Shown: positions 31,263 to 41,840, counted from the stretch's first letter. The stretch is 64,000 nucleotides of DNA from an uncultured Acidobacteriota bacterium (GCA_963777605.1 CAVZRV010000029.1:64001-128000); one strand, 5' to 3'. Program-made: numbers and translations. The notes: generated by a model from the letters alone, not told the origin.

Positions 31263-31770
31263 AAGTCCAAGCTGAGTCGAATACGGTTAACACCGGGACC
31301 CACGTTCACTAATAGGTCAATAAGGCGATTGAGGTTGCATATAATAACACTTTTAATTCGGTTGTGAAGGTCTCCCGCCAGGAAATTTCCAGAAAGAAAA
31401 TCGCCCCGTGGGACAGGCCGGAGCTTGCATGGCGAGAGTCTAACACTGTTTGGTGACCTGATCAGACTGTTTTTTACTTCATTGACTCCTTCGTCAATAA
31501 GCGCTCTCTCTGGGCGGTTACCTGACGTCAAGCTGGGTCTCCTCGCCACAGGGTCAACAAAGGTCTCGAGATTTCCAACCCGGGACGATCTCTTCCCTTT
31601 TGACACATTCCAGAAACTCTTCATTCTGCGCCGGAGTTTCTCTCGTAACCTCCCCTGGAACTAGTTGGGCCGCTGTCTCCTGTCTTCTCCCGGCCGACGA
31701 ATCCCCTCAGCCAACTTCCTGGCGCTCTTCTGTTGGTATAATCCGGGTTCCGGCGCTGCATGCGCCCAAG

Positions 31771-32412
31771 ATGAAGGAATATTCCATTGTGGCCGGTGTC
31801 CAAAGCAGCGTAGTGCGGGTGAATTCAAATCCCCTGCGGCGACTCTATGATTGGGTGGCCGGCCTGGCCGAGCGTCCGCAGGGAGTCTGGGCTCTTTTTC
31901 TGGTGGCATTTGCGGAGTCCTCCTTCTTCCCGATCCCGCCCGACGTGCTCCTGCTGGCCCTTGCGGTGGGGCGGCCTCGCCGCTCGTTTGTGTTCGCCGC
32001 CGTTTGCACGGCCGGTTCGGTGCTGGGAGCATCGCTCGGATACCTGATCGGTCTCCAGTTCTACGAAATGATCGGGCGGCCGATCATCGACCTCTATGGG
32101 GCTCAGCAGAGTTACCAGACGGTACGGGATCTCTACCAGCACTGGGACGCCATCGCTGTTGGCGTGGCTGGATTTACACCGATTCCCTATAAGGTCTTCA
32201 CGATTGCGGCGGGTGCGTTCGAGATTAACTTTCTGACCTTCATGCTGGCGTCCTTGATCAGCCGGGCCGGGCGCTTCTTTCTGGTCGGCGGGTTGATCTG
32301 GTGGCTGGGGCCGGAGATCCAGCGCTTGATTGATCGCTACTTCAATCTCCTCACGATTGTCTTCGCGATTCTCCTCGTGAGTGGATTTGTAGTCGTGAAA
32401 TATGTTATTTAG
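31771..32412 (+). CDS. YqaA/DedA (VTT domain) membrane protein
   Basis: AFAESSFFPIPPD, FTPIPYKVFTI, SRAGRFF; start uncertain. Confidence 0.85.
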   Translation: MKEYSIVAGVQSSVVRVNSNPLRRLYDWVAGLAERPQGVWALFLVAFAESSFFPIPPDVLLLALAVGRPRRSFVFAAVCTAGSVLGASLGYLIGLQFYEMIGRPIIDLYGAQQSYQTVRDLYQHWDAIAVGVAGFTPIPYKVFTIAAGAFEINFLTFMLASLISRAGRFFLVGGLIWWLGPEIQRLIDRYFNLLTIVFAILLVSGFVVVKYVI

Positions 32413-32462
32413 TATCCTCTTCGGCCCGGTTCCGGCCGAGATGGTATTGGCAGTGTCAGAGT

Positions 32463-32539
<77 letters not shown>

Positions 32540-32583
32540 GTTTTCTTCTTCACCGGAATGTTCCCCTGCCCGAGAACCGAGTC

Positions 32584-32853
32584 ATGGAAGCCAGACGAGT
32601 CATTCTGAAAGGGCGTGTCCAGGGCGTCGGGTTCCGGTACTTTGTCTACCGGCAGTCACAGCGACTTCCCGTCGGCGGCTGGGTTCGAAATCTCTGGAAT
32701 GGAGACGTCGAGGTATTTGTCGAGGGCGAATCGCAACCGCTGAACGAATTTATCGCCTCCATCCGGAGCGGGCCGCCGGGCGCCTTCGTCAGTGACTGCG
32801 AGGAGGAGAGCGCACCGCCGCAGGATATCCAGGACTTCAAGATCAAGGGGTGA
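32584..32853 (+). CDS. acyP: Acylphosphatase
   Basis: GRVQGVGFR and GWVRN motifs. Confidence 0.92.
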   Translation: MEARRVILKGRVQGVGFRYFVYRQSQRLPVGGWVRNLWNGDVEVFVEGESQPLNEFIASIRSGPPGAFVSDCEEESAPPQDIQDFKIKG

Positions 32854-32857
32854 CGAG

Positions 32858-33376
32858 ATGGAAGAGCTCAAGAAGTTGATTCGCGAGGTTCCCGATTTTC
32901 CCAAGCCGGGAATCCTTTTCTACGACGTGACGACCCTGCTCAAGGATCCCGAGGGCTTGCGCAAGGTAATCGACGTCCTGACCGACCGCTACCGCGGACA
33001 GGGTATCCGGAAGGTTCTGGGCATCGAGTCCCGCGGTTTCATCCTCGGGCCCTCGCTGGCCTACAATCTCGGGGCGGGATTCGTACCGGTCCGCAAGAAG
33101 GGAAAGCTTCCCGCCAAGACCCTTCAGGTAACCTATGATCTTGAATACGGTACCGACACGCTCGAGATTCACGAGGATGCCGTTAGCCCGGGGGAGAAGG
33201 TCCTGATCGTCGATGATCTGATCGCGACCGGCGGAACCGCCGCGGCCACCGTGGAGATGGTTCACAAGTTGGGTGGAGACCTTGCCGGACTGGCTTTCCT
33301 GATCGAGTTGACGTTCCTCAACCCGAGAAGCAAGCTACCGGCTGATATCGATCTCTATTCGATGATTCAGTACTGA
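32858..33376 (+). CDS. apt: Adenine phosphoribosyltransferase
   Basis: [38 protein letters not shown]. Confidence 0.95.
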   Translation: MEELKKLIREVPDFPKPGILFYDVTTLLKDPEGLRKVIDVLTDRYRGQGIRKVLGIESRGFILGPSLAYNLGAGFVPVRKKGKLPAKTLQVTYDLEYGTDTLEIHEDAVSPGEKVLIVDDLIATGGTAAATVEMVHKLGGDLAGLAFLIELTFLNPRSKLPADIDLYSMIQY

Positions 33377-33380
33377 TTCG

Positions 33381-34676
33381 TCAGAACCCTCCCGGGGCAC
33401 TCTTGAGCCGGTAGAGCATTTCGCCGGCTTTCGGGACCTTGAGGCGGCCGGGGCCCTGTTTCTCCCAGTGCTCCAAGTCGATAGCGGCGGGATCGAGGTA
33501 GCCGAGGCCGACCTTCTGGCAGCGCTCGGGAGAGATGCCCGTCGCCAGGGTGACGTTGACACGCGGTGACTCGACGGCGGTACTGCTGTTGAACGAGCCC
33601 AGCCCGCGGACGTGGGTACTGTGGGCAAGGACGCCTCCCGGGTAGTCGCGGAACCGGTCCCACTGCTTCAGGAAGTACTCGATGACGTGATATCCCACCT
33701 CGTCGAGCAGGTGCCCGTGGGTATAAGAGATCTCGTCGATGTGAGGGGCGTAGATGATCACTTCGCCGCCGTCCTCGACGACCGGCTCCATCTTGTACAT
33801 CCCCTTGGCTGCCGTCCAGATGTCGTCGTACATCGCAGGCATCATCGCGAGCACGGAGTGGACCGGATCGTCGAGCCAGCGGATGTGGACCTGGGCCGAC
33901 AGTTCGGCGGCATGGCGAAACGCGTCTTCCGGAGCGCCGACGAAAAGACCGGCCAGCCCGGAATCCCTGACCACCATGCTCATGCAGTGCCGGGGCCGCG
34001 CGATCAACGAGGCCGCCCGGTCGATTACCCTGCGGACCGGAGTTTCGATCGTCCCTATGATCCGCGAGCAGGACACCACTGCACCTAGCCAATGCGTGTA
34101 GTTGATTACCTCGGGACCACTGATTCCCGGGAAAAAGTACTTGTTCCCACCCGAAAAGCCCACTACTTCGTGGGGGAAGGTGGGGCCGCAAATTAGCAGG
34201 TGGTCGTGATCAATGGCCATCCGGTTCATCGTGACCGAAAGATCCCCCAGCAGGCCGGCGTCGTGCTCGAGATCGGCCAGGAACGGCCCGGCAATGTCCT
34301 CGATTTCCGCGGCCGGGATCGTTCCCACGCGGACAAAAGTTTCGGGCAGATCCCAACGATGATTGAACAGGCCGACCTCTTCGAAGTGTGTCTGGCGTTC
34401 TTCCTCGGAAATTCCCACCAACTGGGCCAGCGCAGCTTCACTCAGCGGGGGGTGGGTACCAAGCGCCACCAGAAAGTCGAGTTTCTCTACCCTGGGAAGG
34501 AGCAGGTCGGTCAGAATCCGAAAGAAAAGCGGTATTGGGGCAGTCCGGGTGCGGTCCGGAATAATCACGAGGAGACGAGACCCATCGAGCGGGATTTTCT
34601 GCAATCCCCGTGCGGTGACCTCCCGGATTTCGTCGGTTGTCATCAGACGGTCAGAAAACCCCAGTCCTGAGTACAT
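33381..34676 (-). CDS. LarA-family (lactate racemase-like) hydroxyacid racemase/epimerase
   Basis: IPDRTR, VALGTH, FPHEVVGFSGGNKYFFPG motifs. Confidence 0.8.
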   Translation of the reverse strand: MYSGLGFSDRLMTTDEIREVTARGLQKIPLDGSRLLVIIPDRTRTAPIPLFFRILTDLLLPRVEKLDFLVALGTHPPLSEAALAQLVGISEEERQTHFEEVGLFNHRWDLPETFVRVGTIPAAEIEDIAGPFLADLEHDAGLLGDLSVTMNRMAIDHDHLLICGPTFPHEVVGFSGGNKYFFPGISGPEVINYTHWLGAVVSCSRIIGTIETPVRRVIDRAASLIARPRHCMSMVVRDSGLAGLFVGAPEDAFRHAAELSAQVHIRWLDDPVHSVLAMMPAMYDDIWTAAKGMYKMEPVVEDGGEVIIYAPHIDEISYTHGHLLDEVGYHVIEYFLKQWDRFRDYPGGVLAHSTHVRGLGSFNSSTAVESPRVNVTLATGISPERCQKVGLGYLDPAAIDLEHWEKQGPGRLKVPKAGEMLYRLKSAPGGF

Positions 34677-34678
34677 CG

Positions 34679-35512
34679 CTACACTCCGCTGAATGCCTGA
34701 AAGCCGCCGTCAACCGGCAGGACCACGCCGGTGACGAAATCCGAAGCCGGAGACAACAGCCAGAGCACCGCTCCCAAAAGGTCCCGCGGATCCCCGAATC
34801 GTCCCGCCGGCGTGTGGGCGATAATCGACTCGCCTCTGGGAGTCAGTTTGCCGGTTTCCTGGTCGATAAGCAAGAAGCGGTTCTGGTCGGTCAGGAAGAA
34901 TCCAGGAGCCACGGCGTTTACCCGGATATTGGGAGAGTAGGTCTGTGCCAGGTGAACGGCCAGCCACTGCGTGAAATTGCTGACACCGGCCTTGGCCGCC
35001 GAGTATGCGGGGATCCGGGTTAGTGGTCGGAAGGAGTTCATTGACGAGATATTCAGGATCGTCCCCCGATCCTGTTCGGCCATCACGCGGGCCACCGATT
35101 GAGATGGAAGAATCGTCCCGAGGATATTCAGATCAAACACGAATCGAAGCGCCTCAGCCGGAAGATCGAAAAAGGGCAGATCCGGAGAAGTCGTGGCCTT
35201 GGGACTGTTTCCGCCAGCCCCGTTGATCAGGATGTCGATCGACCCGAAGGCGTCGCCGACCGCATCGACCGATTCTTGAATGGACTGGGCGTTCAGGACA
35301 TCACACTGCAGCGCAATCCAGCGCCGGCCGGACTGATCGAGGCGGTCTCTCCACCGATCTACGTTCTCCGGTGAGAGATCAAGAATCGCCACCTGGGCCC
35401 CCAGTTCCGCCAGCGTGCATGCGATCTCACCGCACAAAACTCCGGCTCCTCCGGTGATCATCACGGAACGCCCGTCAAAACGGAAGGAATCAAGGATCTC
35501 TTTAGCCTGCAA
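34679..35512 (-). CDS. SDR oxidoreductase, D-mannonate oxidoreductase-like
   Basis: TGGAGVLC, INGAGGN, PLTRIPAYSAAKA, NFTQWLAVH, GFQAFSGV; TTG 35512 with AGGAG RBS. Confidence 0.8.
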   Translation of the reverse strand: MQAKEILDSFRFDGRSVMITGGAGVLCGEIACTLAELGAQVAILDLSPENVDRWRDRLDQSGRRWIALQCDVLNAQSIQESVDAVGDAFGSIDILINGAGGNSPKATTSPDLPFFDLPAEALRFVFDLNILGTILPSQSVARVMAEQDRGTILNISSMNSFRPLTRIPAYSAAKAGVSNFTQWLAVHLAQTYSPNIRVNAVAPGFFLTDQNRFLLIDQETGKLTPRGESIIAHTPAGRFGDPRDLLGAVLWLLSPASDFVTGVVLPVDGGFQAFSGV

Positions 35513-35561
35513 ATCCAATTCTCCTGTCGGCCCGGAACCCGGCGGGTCCCCGACCGGAGTC

Positions 35562-36389
35562 TTACTTCTTGGGTGTGTCCGAGGTCTGAGTGTCGGCCGA
35601 TTCCGCAGCCGACGCTTCGGGGAATTCGTTGTCGGCAGTCTCGATACGGGGTTCGATGCGCTGGATCTTCCCGGCCGCCTCGGTAGCACTGCTGCTCCCT
35701 GGGAACTCCGCCGTGATTTTTCGATACTGTTCCAGGGCTTCCTGCAGGTTCCCTGTCGCCTCTGTCGCCTCGGCGACCCGCAGCATAATCACCGAACGGG
35801 GGAAATTGTCGGAGGGCGTTCCCAGGATCTCATTGTAGAGACTGATTGCCTGGTCGAAATCCTTATCTCCAAACGCGATCTGGGCCAGGGTGTTTCGAGC
35901 AAGGTTGGACACCGCTGGGTAGGACGAACTCTGGGCCAGGTCGTTGAGCTCTTTCTTGGCCTCATCGGTTCGGCCCAGTTCGTTTTCCGAGAGGGCCGTG
36001 TAATATTGGGACAATTCCCCGATCCGGGACCCGGAATAGTGGGCAGAAACTTCCTGGAAACGGGCCAGCGCTTTTTCGTACTTGTCGGTCGCAGTATCGT
36101 ATCGATACTTGGGCTTGACTTGCGGCTGGTTCGGGTCGGTCGGCTGCTCGGGTCCGACGGGTGCGTGGTACATCTCCAGCGCGTCCGCGAATTCCGACTG
36201 CATTTCTGTATCCCGCGAGCTCGAGTAATACTGCCAGCCGATACCGATCGCAATGGCGACCGCAACGACAACCAGCGCCCCTACCAGGTAGTTGAGGTTC
36301 TCGACGGCCCAGTGAGAAGTCTCGGTGAGCGTCCGATTAATGACGTCCTTTTGGACGATCTCCTTACGCGTGAGTTTCTTCGGCGACAT
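35562..36389 (-). CDS. Membrane-anchored tetratricopeptide repeat protein (YfgM-like)
   Basis: KLTRKEI...single TM helix...TPR-like helices (A..QY.KI...FPGS). Confidence 0.7.
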   Translation of the reverse strand: MSPKKLTRKEIVQKDVINRTLTETSHWAVENLNYLVGALVVVAVAIAIGIGWQYYSSSRDTEMQSEFADALEMYHAPVGPEQPTDPNQPQVKPKYRYDTATDKYEKALARFQEVSAHYSGSRIGELSQYYTALSENELGRTDEAKKELNDLAQSSSYPAVSNLARNTLAQIAFGDKDFDQAISLYNEILGTPSDNFPRSVIMLRVAEATEATGNLQEALEQYRKITAEFPGSSSATEAAGKIQRIEPRIETADNEFPEASAAESADTQTSDTPKK

Positions 36390-36491
36390 ACTGCTTGTTC
36401 CACCTGAATGAAAAAGTAGATACTCGATCGCAGGTCGGACAGTCCGGCCCCAGAGCCCCGACTCTCCCCTGTCCCTTTCCCAGAAAGACAA

Positions 36492-36565
36492 TGCGCCTGG
36501 CAGGACTCGAACCTGCGGCACAGGGGTTAGGAACCCCTTGCTCTATCCTCCTGAGCTACAGGCGC
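36492..36565 (-). tRNA. tRNA-Arg (anticodon CCT), CCA not encoded
   Basis: Minus strand GCGCCTGTAGCTCAG...AGGGG-TTCCTAA-CCCCT...GGTTCGAGTCCTGCCAGGCGCA. Confidence 0.93.
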
Positions 36566-36653
36566 ACCCTGAAAGCTGCAAGTGTAGCAGAAGGCCCACC
36601 GAGGTTGCCAATGCAAGCAGCAACGCGAAAGGGTGTGTTGGTATAATGACCGG

Positions 36654-37793
36654 ATGGTAGTCGCCGCGTACGCGATGACGGCTGAGCAATCCGAAGGCCG
36701 GCGATTTCCGGAGCGGCCCCATCCCTATCGGTCGGAGTTCCAGAGAGACCGCGATCGCGTGATCCACACCAAGGCGTTTCGCCGGCTGGAAAAGAAGACC
36801 CAGGTCTTTGCCCCAGACTACTCGGACCATTTCAGGAACCGGTTGACCCACACCCTCGAGGTCAGCCAGATCAGCCGGACGATTGCCGATGCGCTTTACC
36901 TGAATGCCGATCTATCCGAGGTGCTGGCGTTGAGCCACGACATCGGACATCCCCCCTTCAGCCATGAAGGGGAGAAGGTCCTCGACAGGCTGATGCGGCA
37001 GTACAGCAGCGGTTTTGACCACAACCTGCATGCACTGCGCATCGTGGAGGATTTCGAAGAGAAGTACGCCGCCTTTCGGGGGCTTAACCTGACGTTTGAA
37101 GTGCGCGAGGGAATCATCAAGCACAGCCGGGACTATGAATCCGGTCAGGATTACTACGTGGACGTCTCGGCTTATCGAATCGGGCAGCGGCCTCCGCTGG
37201 AGGCCCAGTTGATCGACGTCGCCGACGAGATCGCGTATAACTCGGCTGACCTGGACGACGGTTTTGATTCCGGGCTTCTCGACGTACGCCAGATGAAGTC
37301 GGGGATGGTTCTGTTTAGGGATTTGTGGGAAACAGTGGGACGGAGCTTTCCGGCGGCCGAGGAAAAGCTCAAGGTCAGTGAAGTGATTCGCCGGGTGATC
37401 AACACTTTGGTCACGGACTTGATCGAAGCCACCGGGCTGGCCCTCGAAAGTGCCGGCATTCGAAGTGTGGAGGGAGTGCGGAATCACCCTGGCCGGCTGG
37501 TTCGGTTCAGCCCCGACGTGGCTGTGCTGAACCGGGAGATCAAACAGTTCCTGCGGGCAGAATTGTACGACCACGTTGTGCTCAAAACGGCACGTGAGGA
37601 TGCCCAGCATCAAGTCGAAGCGATTTTCGAGTACTATGTTGGTTCTCCGGAGAAGCTTCCGTCGAGTCACCAGCTGCGGATTTCGGAACTGGGGCTTCAC
37701 CGGGTGGTTGCCGATTATGTCGCTGGAATGACGGATATGTACGCTCGCTCGCGTTTCCGGGAGATCTCCGGGGAAACCGAGATGGCGGGGTGA
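36654..37793 (+). CDS. dgt: Deoxyguanosinetriphosphate triphosphohydrolase (HD domain)
   Basis: FQRDRDR...FRRL..KTQVF, RLTHTLEV, HDIGHPPF.H.GE, DYVAGMTD. Confidence 0.9.
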   Translation: MVVAAYAMTAEQSEGRRFPERPHPYRSEFQRDRDRVIHTKAFRRLEKKTQVFAPDYSDHFRNRLTHTLEVSQISRTIADALYLNADLSEVLALSHDIGHPPFSHEGEKVLDRLMRQYSSGFDHNLHALRIVEDFEEKYAAFRGLNLTFEVREGIIKHSRDYESGQDYYVDVSAYRIGQRPPLEAQLIDVADEIAYNSADLDDGFDSGLLDVRQMKSGMVLFRDLWETVGRSFPAAEEKLKVSEVIRRVINTLVTDLIEATGLALESAGIRSVEGVRNHPGRLVRFSPDVAVLNREIKQFLRAELYDHVVLKTAREDAQHQVEAIFEYYVGSPEKLPSSHQLRISELGLHRVVADYVAGMTDMYARSRFREISGETEMAG

Positions 37794-37811
37794 TGTGCGG
37801 GTGTGAAATTC

Positions 37812-37840
37812 TTGACACCCGAAAGAACTGTAGTATAGAT
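37812..37840 (+). promoter_or_regulatory. Putative sigma70 promoter of yceD-rpmF
   Basis: TTGACA at 37812-37817 and TATAGA(T) at 37834-37840. Confidence 0.55.
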
Positions 37841-37885
37841 TGTCAGGCTTTTTTAGGGCCTTTTTTGTAGAGCAGGACGGGATTG

Positions 37886-38419
37886 ATGATTATCGACCTC
37901 AGGGAACTGCGGCTCAAAGGGGAGCCTCTCGAGGTAGAAGGCCTGTTCACCAACGATGACTTGAAGGTGAACAGTGGCGTCATGAGCCTTGTCCGGCCGG
38001 CGGAAGCCCGGGTTCGTTTGGAACTGCGAGGGGATTCGGTTCGGGTCTCGGGAAATCTGAAATGCGACGTTTCCGTGACCTGCTGCCGTTGCACCAAAGG
38101 GTTTCAAAAGAGCCTGGAAAAGCGGTTTGGGGTTGACTACTGGCCTGATCCTGCCGTAGAGGATGGCGAGGAGTTTGAATTAACTTACAGCGATCTTGAC
38201 GTGGGTTTCTACAGGAACGACGAGTTGGATCTGTCGGCCGTACTGGGAGAGCAGGTCCTTCTTGAGATTCCGATGAAACCGGTTTGCCGGGAGGACTGCA
38301 AGGGGCTTTGCGACCAGTGCGGTGCCGACCTAAATGAAGGGGAGTGCTCGTGCGAGCGAACACGGGTGGATCCCCGGATGGCGTCGCTGGTGGAATATAA
38401 GAAGAAGAGATTCAACTAG
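37886..38419 (+). CDS. YceD/DUF177 family protein
   Basis: C.RC, PMKPVCREDCKGLC..CG.DLN...C.C, DPR; upstream of rpmF. Confidence 0.9.
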   Translation: MIIDLRELRLKGEPLEVEGLFTNDDLKVNSGVMSLVRPAEARVRLELRGDSVRVSGNLKCDVSVTCCRCTKGFQKSLEKRFGVDYWPDPAVEDGEEFELTYSDLDVGFYRNDELDLSAVLGEQVLLEIPMKPVCREDCKGLCDQCGADLNEGECSCERTRVDPRMASLVEYKKKRFN

Positions 38420-38440
38420 AGATTGAGAAGGAGGCTGTAA

Positions 38441-38623
38441 ATGGCCAATCCGAAGAGAAGACACTCCAAGTCCCGAAGGCGCAAGCGGAGATCGCACGAT
38501 TTTCTGACCGCTCCGAGTCTGTCGGTTTGCAGCAATTGTGGATCGCACTTTATGCCTCACCGGGTATGCCCGACGTGCGGGTACTACAAGGGGCGACAGG
38601 TCATCGAGGTAGCCGAGGTTTAG
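38441..38623 (+). CDS. rpmF: 50S ribosomal protein L32
   Basis: MANPKRRHSKSR...CSNCG...PHRVCPTCGYYKG. Confidence 0.96.
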   Translation: MANPKRRHSKSRRRKRRSHDFLTAPSLSVCSNCGSHFMPHRVCPTCGYYKGRQVIEVAEV

Positions 38624-38679
38624 CCCCTGAACCGCGCAGGGTCGCCGCTATTTTTAAGTTTCCAGGTTGAGGATTGATT

Positions 38680-39600
38680 GTGAGAGCATTTGTATTCCCC
38701 GGACAGGGTTCCCAGTATTCCGGAATGGGGAGGGAACTTGCCGAGGCCTATCCGGAGGCGCTTCGCGTTTTTGAGGAAGCCGACCAGGTCCTGGGGTTCC
38801 CATTGAGCACGCTTTGTTTCGAAGGGCCGGATGATCACCTCGTTTTGACCGAGAATACCCAACCGGCCCTGTTGGCGACTTCCGTGGCGGTGCTGCGCGT
38901 CCTGGAATCACGGGGCGTGAAACCCGACATAGTGGCCGGGCACAGCCTGGGGGAGTATTCGGCTCTGGTTGCAGCCGGCTGCCTGGAGTTTTCGGCTGCC
39001 CTGAAGTTGGTCCGGGAACGGGGCCGTTTTATGCAGGAAGCCGTCCCGGTCGGAGTCGGAACGATGGCCGCCGTCGTAGGTCTGGACCTGGTTACCGTGG
39101 AAGCCGTTTGCGCGGAAGCCGCACAGGGACAGGTTGTGGCGCCGGCCAACCAGAATTCGCCGGAACAGATCGCGATTGCCGGCCACACCGATGCGGTGGC
39201 CCGTGCCGGTGAGTTGGCCTCCCAGCGGGGTGCCAAGCGCGTAATCCCGCTCCCCGTCAGTGCTCCCTTTCATTGCGCTTTGATGAAGCCCGCCCAGGAT
39301 CGGATGCGTCCGCTTCTGGAACAGGTTGAGTTCAACGACCTGCGTGTTCCCCTCGTCAATAATTTCGACGCCAGGAAGATCACTCACGGTGACGAGGCAA
39401 GACAGGGGCTCGTTCAACAGATCGCGTCGATGGTGCGCTGGACCGAGAGTATTCAGACCATGCACCAGTCCGGCGTTGATGAGTTCGTGGAAGTTGGTCC
39501 GGGACGGGTGTTGATCGGCCTGATTCGGCGGATCGCCCGCGACACCCGGACGGTTCCGGTTGAAAAGCCAGCTCAGGTGGAAGACTATGTTCGATCTTAA
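38680..39600 (+). CDS. fabD: Malonyl-CoA:ACP transacylase
   Basis: FPGQGSQ, GHSLGE, PVSAPFH. Confidence 0.95.
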   Translation: MRAFVFPGQGSQYSGMGRELAEAYPEALRVFEEADQVLGFPLSTLCFEGPDDHLVLTENTQPALLATSVAVLRVLESRGVKPDIVAGHSLGEYSALVAAGCLEFSAALKLVRERGRFMQEAVPVGVGTMAAVVGLDLVTVEAVCAEAAQGQVVAPANQNSPEQIAIAGHTDAVARAGELASQRGAKRVIPLPVSAPFHCALMKPAQDRMRPLLEQVEFNDLRVPLVNNFDARKITHGDEARQGLVQQIASMVRWTESIQTMHQSGVDEFVEVGPGRVLIGLIRRIARDTRTVPVEKPAQVEDYVRS

Positions 39601-40315
39601 TGGACAGGTAGCCCTGATTACCGGGGCCGCGCGAGGAATTGGCCGCCGCATTGCTGACCTGCTCAAGGAGTCGGGCGCGACGGTCGTGATGTCCGATTTC
39701 GCGGATTGGGGTGAGGAACTCCAGGAGCTCGGAGACAACACGTTTGGCATTCGTTTGGACGTCACTTCGCCCGAGCGGATCAAGAATGTCGTCGCCCAGA
39801 TCGTCGAGCGCCTGGAGCGGATCGATATCCTGGTGAACAATGCCGGGATTACGAGGGACGGTTTGCTGATCCGGATGAAGGATGAGGACTGGAAGAAGGT
39901 CCTCTCCACCAATCTGGACGGAATCTTCTTTGTCACGAAAGAAGTTGTCGGTAGAATGATGCGCCAGCGTTATGGCCGGATCGTTAACTTGGCTTCGGTG
40001 GTCGGCTTGATGGGCAATCCCGGGCAGGCTAACTACGTGGCCAGCAAGGCGGGTGTGGTCGGTTTCACGAAAGCGGTGGCACGAGAAGTGGCGTCGCGAA
40101 ACATCACCGTGAATGCCGTCGCTCCCGGCTATATCGGCACGGCAATGACCGAGGATCTTAGCGATAAATCGAGGCAGGATCTACTGGGAATGGTTCCCGT
40201 TGGGCGTATGGGAAGCGTTGATGATGTAGCCTATGGCGCGTTGTTTCTGGCCTCCCGCGAGGCTGGATATGTAACAGGCCATGTGCTAAATATTAACGGC
40301 GGCATGTACATGTAG
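39587..40315 (+). CDS. fabG: 3-oxoacyl-ACP reductase
   Basis: [31 protein letters not shown]. Confidence 0.94.
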   Translation: MFDLNGQVALITGAARGIGRRIADLLKESGATVVMSDFADWGEELQELGDNTFGIRLDVTSPERIKNVVAQIVERLERIDILVNNAGITRDGLLIRMKDEDWKKVLSTNLDGIFFVTKEVVGRMMRQRYGRIVNLASVVGLMGNPGQANYVASKAGVVGFTKAVAREVASRNITVNAVAPGYIGTAMTEDLSDKSRQDLLGMVPVGRMGSVDDVAYGALFLASREAGYVTGHVLNINGGMYM

Positions 40316-40337
40316 CACAATAGGGTTTGGAGGAGAT

Positions 40338-40577
40338 ATGTCGGCAAGCGTAGCGGAAAAAGTCAAAGCGATTATTGTTGATCAGTTGGGTGTCAATGAG
40401 GCCGATGTCGCGTCGGATTCTCATTTTGTGGATGATCTTGGTGCGGACTCCCTGGATACCGTTGAACTCGTGATGAAGTTTGAAGAAGACTTCGATATCG
40501 AGATCCCGGACGAGGATGCCGAGAAGATCCAGACTGTCCAGGATGCAATTGATTACATTACCGCTCACAAGAACTGA
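40338..40577 (+). CDS. acpP: Acyl carrier protein
   Basis: [14 protein letters not shown]. Confidence 0.96.
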   Translation: MSASVAEKVKAIIVDQLGVNEADVASDSHFVDDLGADSLDTVELVMKFEEDFDIEIPDEDAEKIQTVQDAIDYITAHKN

Positions 40578-40601
40578 GTTCTCAAAGGTCGAGACGTCCT
40601 G

Positions 40602-41840
40602 ATGCGTCGCGTTGTTGTTACTGGAATCGGACTCATATCACCGTTGGGCCTGGACGCGAGTTCCACTTGGCGGGGACTTCTCGAGGGACGGAGCGGGATC
40701 AGTCAAATAGAACGGTTTGACGTTTCCCGCTTTTCCACCACGATCGCGGGCGAGATAAAGGATTTTGATCCTCTCAACTTTGTCGATCGGAAGAACGCCC
40801 GGAAGATGGATCGCTTCATCGCATATGCGGTAGCTGCGAGCGACGAGGCGATGCGGAGTTCCGGGCTGAAAATCGAAGGGGAACTGGCCTATCGGGCGGG
40901 AGTCTTTATCGGGTCTGGAATCGGCGGGTTTGAAACCATCGAGCGGGAGCACGTGAAGTTCCTGCGAGACGGCGCTAACCGGATTTCCCCGTTTTTTATT
41001 CCGGCGAGCATCATTAATGAGGCTGCCGGGCAGGTTTCCATACGAATCGGTGCTGCAGGCCCGAATTCGGCCACCTGTACCGCTTGTGCGGCCGGATGTC
41101 ACGCTATCGGCGATTCGTTTAAGATCATCCAGCGCGGAGCCGCCGACGTCATGGTCGCCGGTGGATCCGAAGCGGCGATCACTCCGATGGGAGTCGGAGG
41201 GTTCTCGTCTCTGAAGGCGTTGTCCACTCGCAACGACGAACCCCAGCGCGCCAGTCGTCCGTTCGACCGTGACCGGGACGGCTTCGTTGTGGGAGAGGGC
41301 GCCGGGTTGCTCGTTCTCGAAGAGTTGGATTTTGCGCGCCGGCGGGGAGCCAACATCCTGGCGGAAATCGTGGGCTACGGCATGAGTGCCGACGCCCACC
41401 ACATCACGCTGCCTCCTGAGGACGGCAACGGGGCTTACCGCGCCATGAAAGCGGCCCTTGACGACGCCGGTGTGGCGACGACCGAGATCGATTACGTCAA
41501 TGCACACGGGACCAGTACTCCGGTTAACGACCGGATCGAAACGCTGGCCCTGAAAAACCTGTTTGGAGAATACGCCTACAAGCTGGCGATCAGCTCGACC
41601 AAGTCGATGACGGGGCATCTGCTTGGGGCCGCCGGTGGTCTGGAGGCGGGGATCACGGTTCTTGCCATCTCCAACAGCATTATGCCCCCGACCATAAACC
41701 TCGATAATCCGGATTCGGACTGCGATCTGGATTACATTCCTCACACTGCCCGTGCGGGCCAGATTCAATACGCACTCTCCAATTCCTTTGGCTTTGGCGG
41801 CACAAACGGAGCTCTCCTCTTTAAACGATTCGAGGAATGA
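40602..41840 (+). CDS. fabF: Beta-ketoacyl-ACP synthase II
   Basis: RRVVVTG, TACA, NAHGTST, KSMTGHLLGA, NSFGFGG. Confidence 0.95.
   Translation: MRRVVVTGIGLISPLGLDASSTWRGLLEGRSGISQIERFDVSRFSTTIAGEIKDFDPLNFVDRKNARKMDRFIAYAVAASDEAMRSSGLKIEGELAYRAGVFIGSGIGGFETIEREHVKFLRDGANRISPFFIPASIINEAAGQVSIRIGAAGPNSATCTACAAGCHAIGDSFKIIQRGAADVMVAGGSEAAITPMGVGGFSSLKALSTRNDEPQRASRPFDRDRDGFVVGEGAGLLVLEELDFARRRGANILAEIVGYGMSADAHHITLPPEDGNGAYRAMKAALDDAGVATTEIDYVNAHGTSTPVNDRIETLALKNLFGEYAYKLAISSTKSMTGHLLGAAGGLEAGITVLAISNSIMPPTINLDNPDSDCDLDYIPHTARAGQIQYALSNSFGFGGTNGALLFKRFEE

Noticed and set aside
37802-37817. Second CRP-like box TGTGA-N6-TGACA overlapping the yceD -35 element
   Set aside because: The right half is just the TTGACA promoter hexamer, so a chance match is likely without conservation data.
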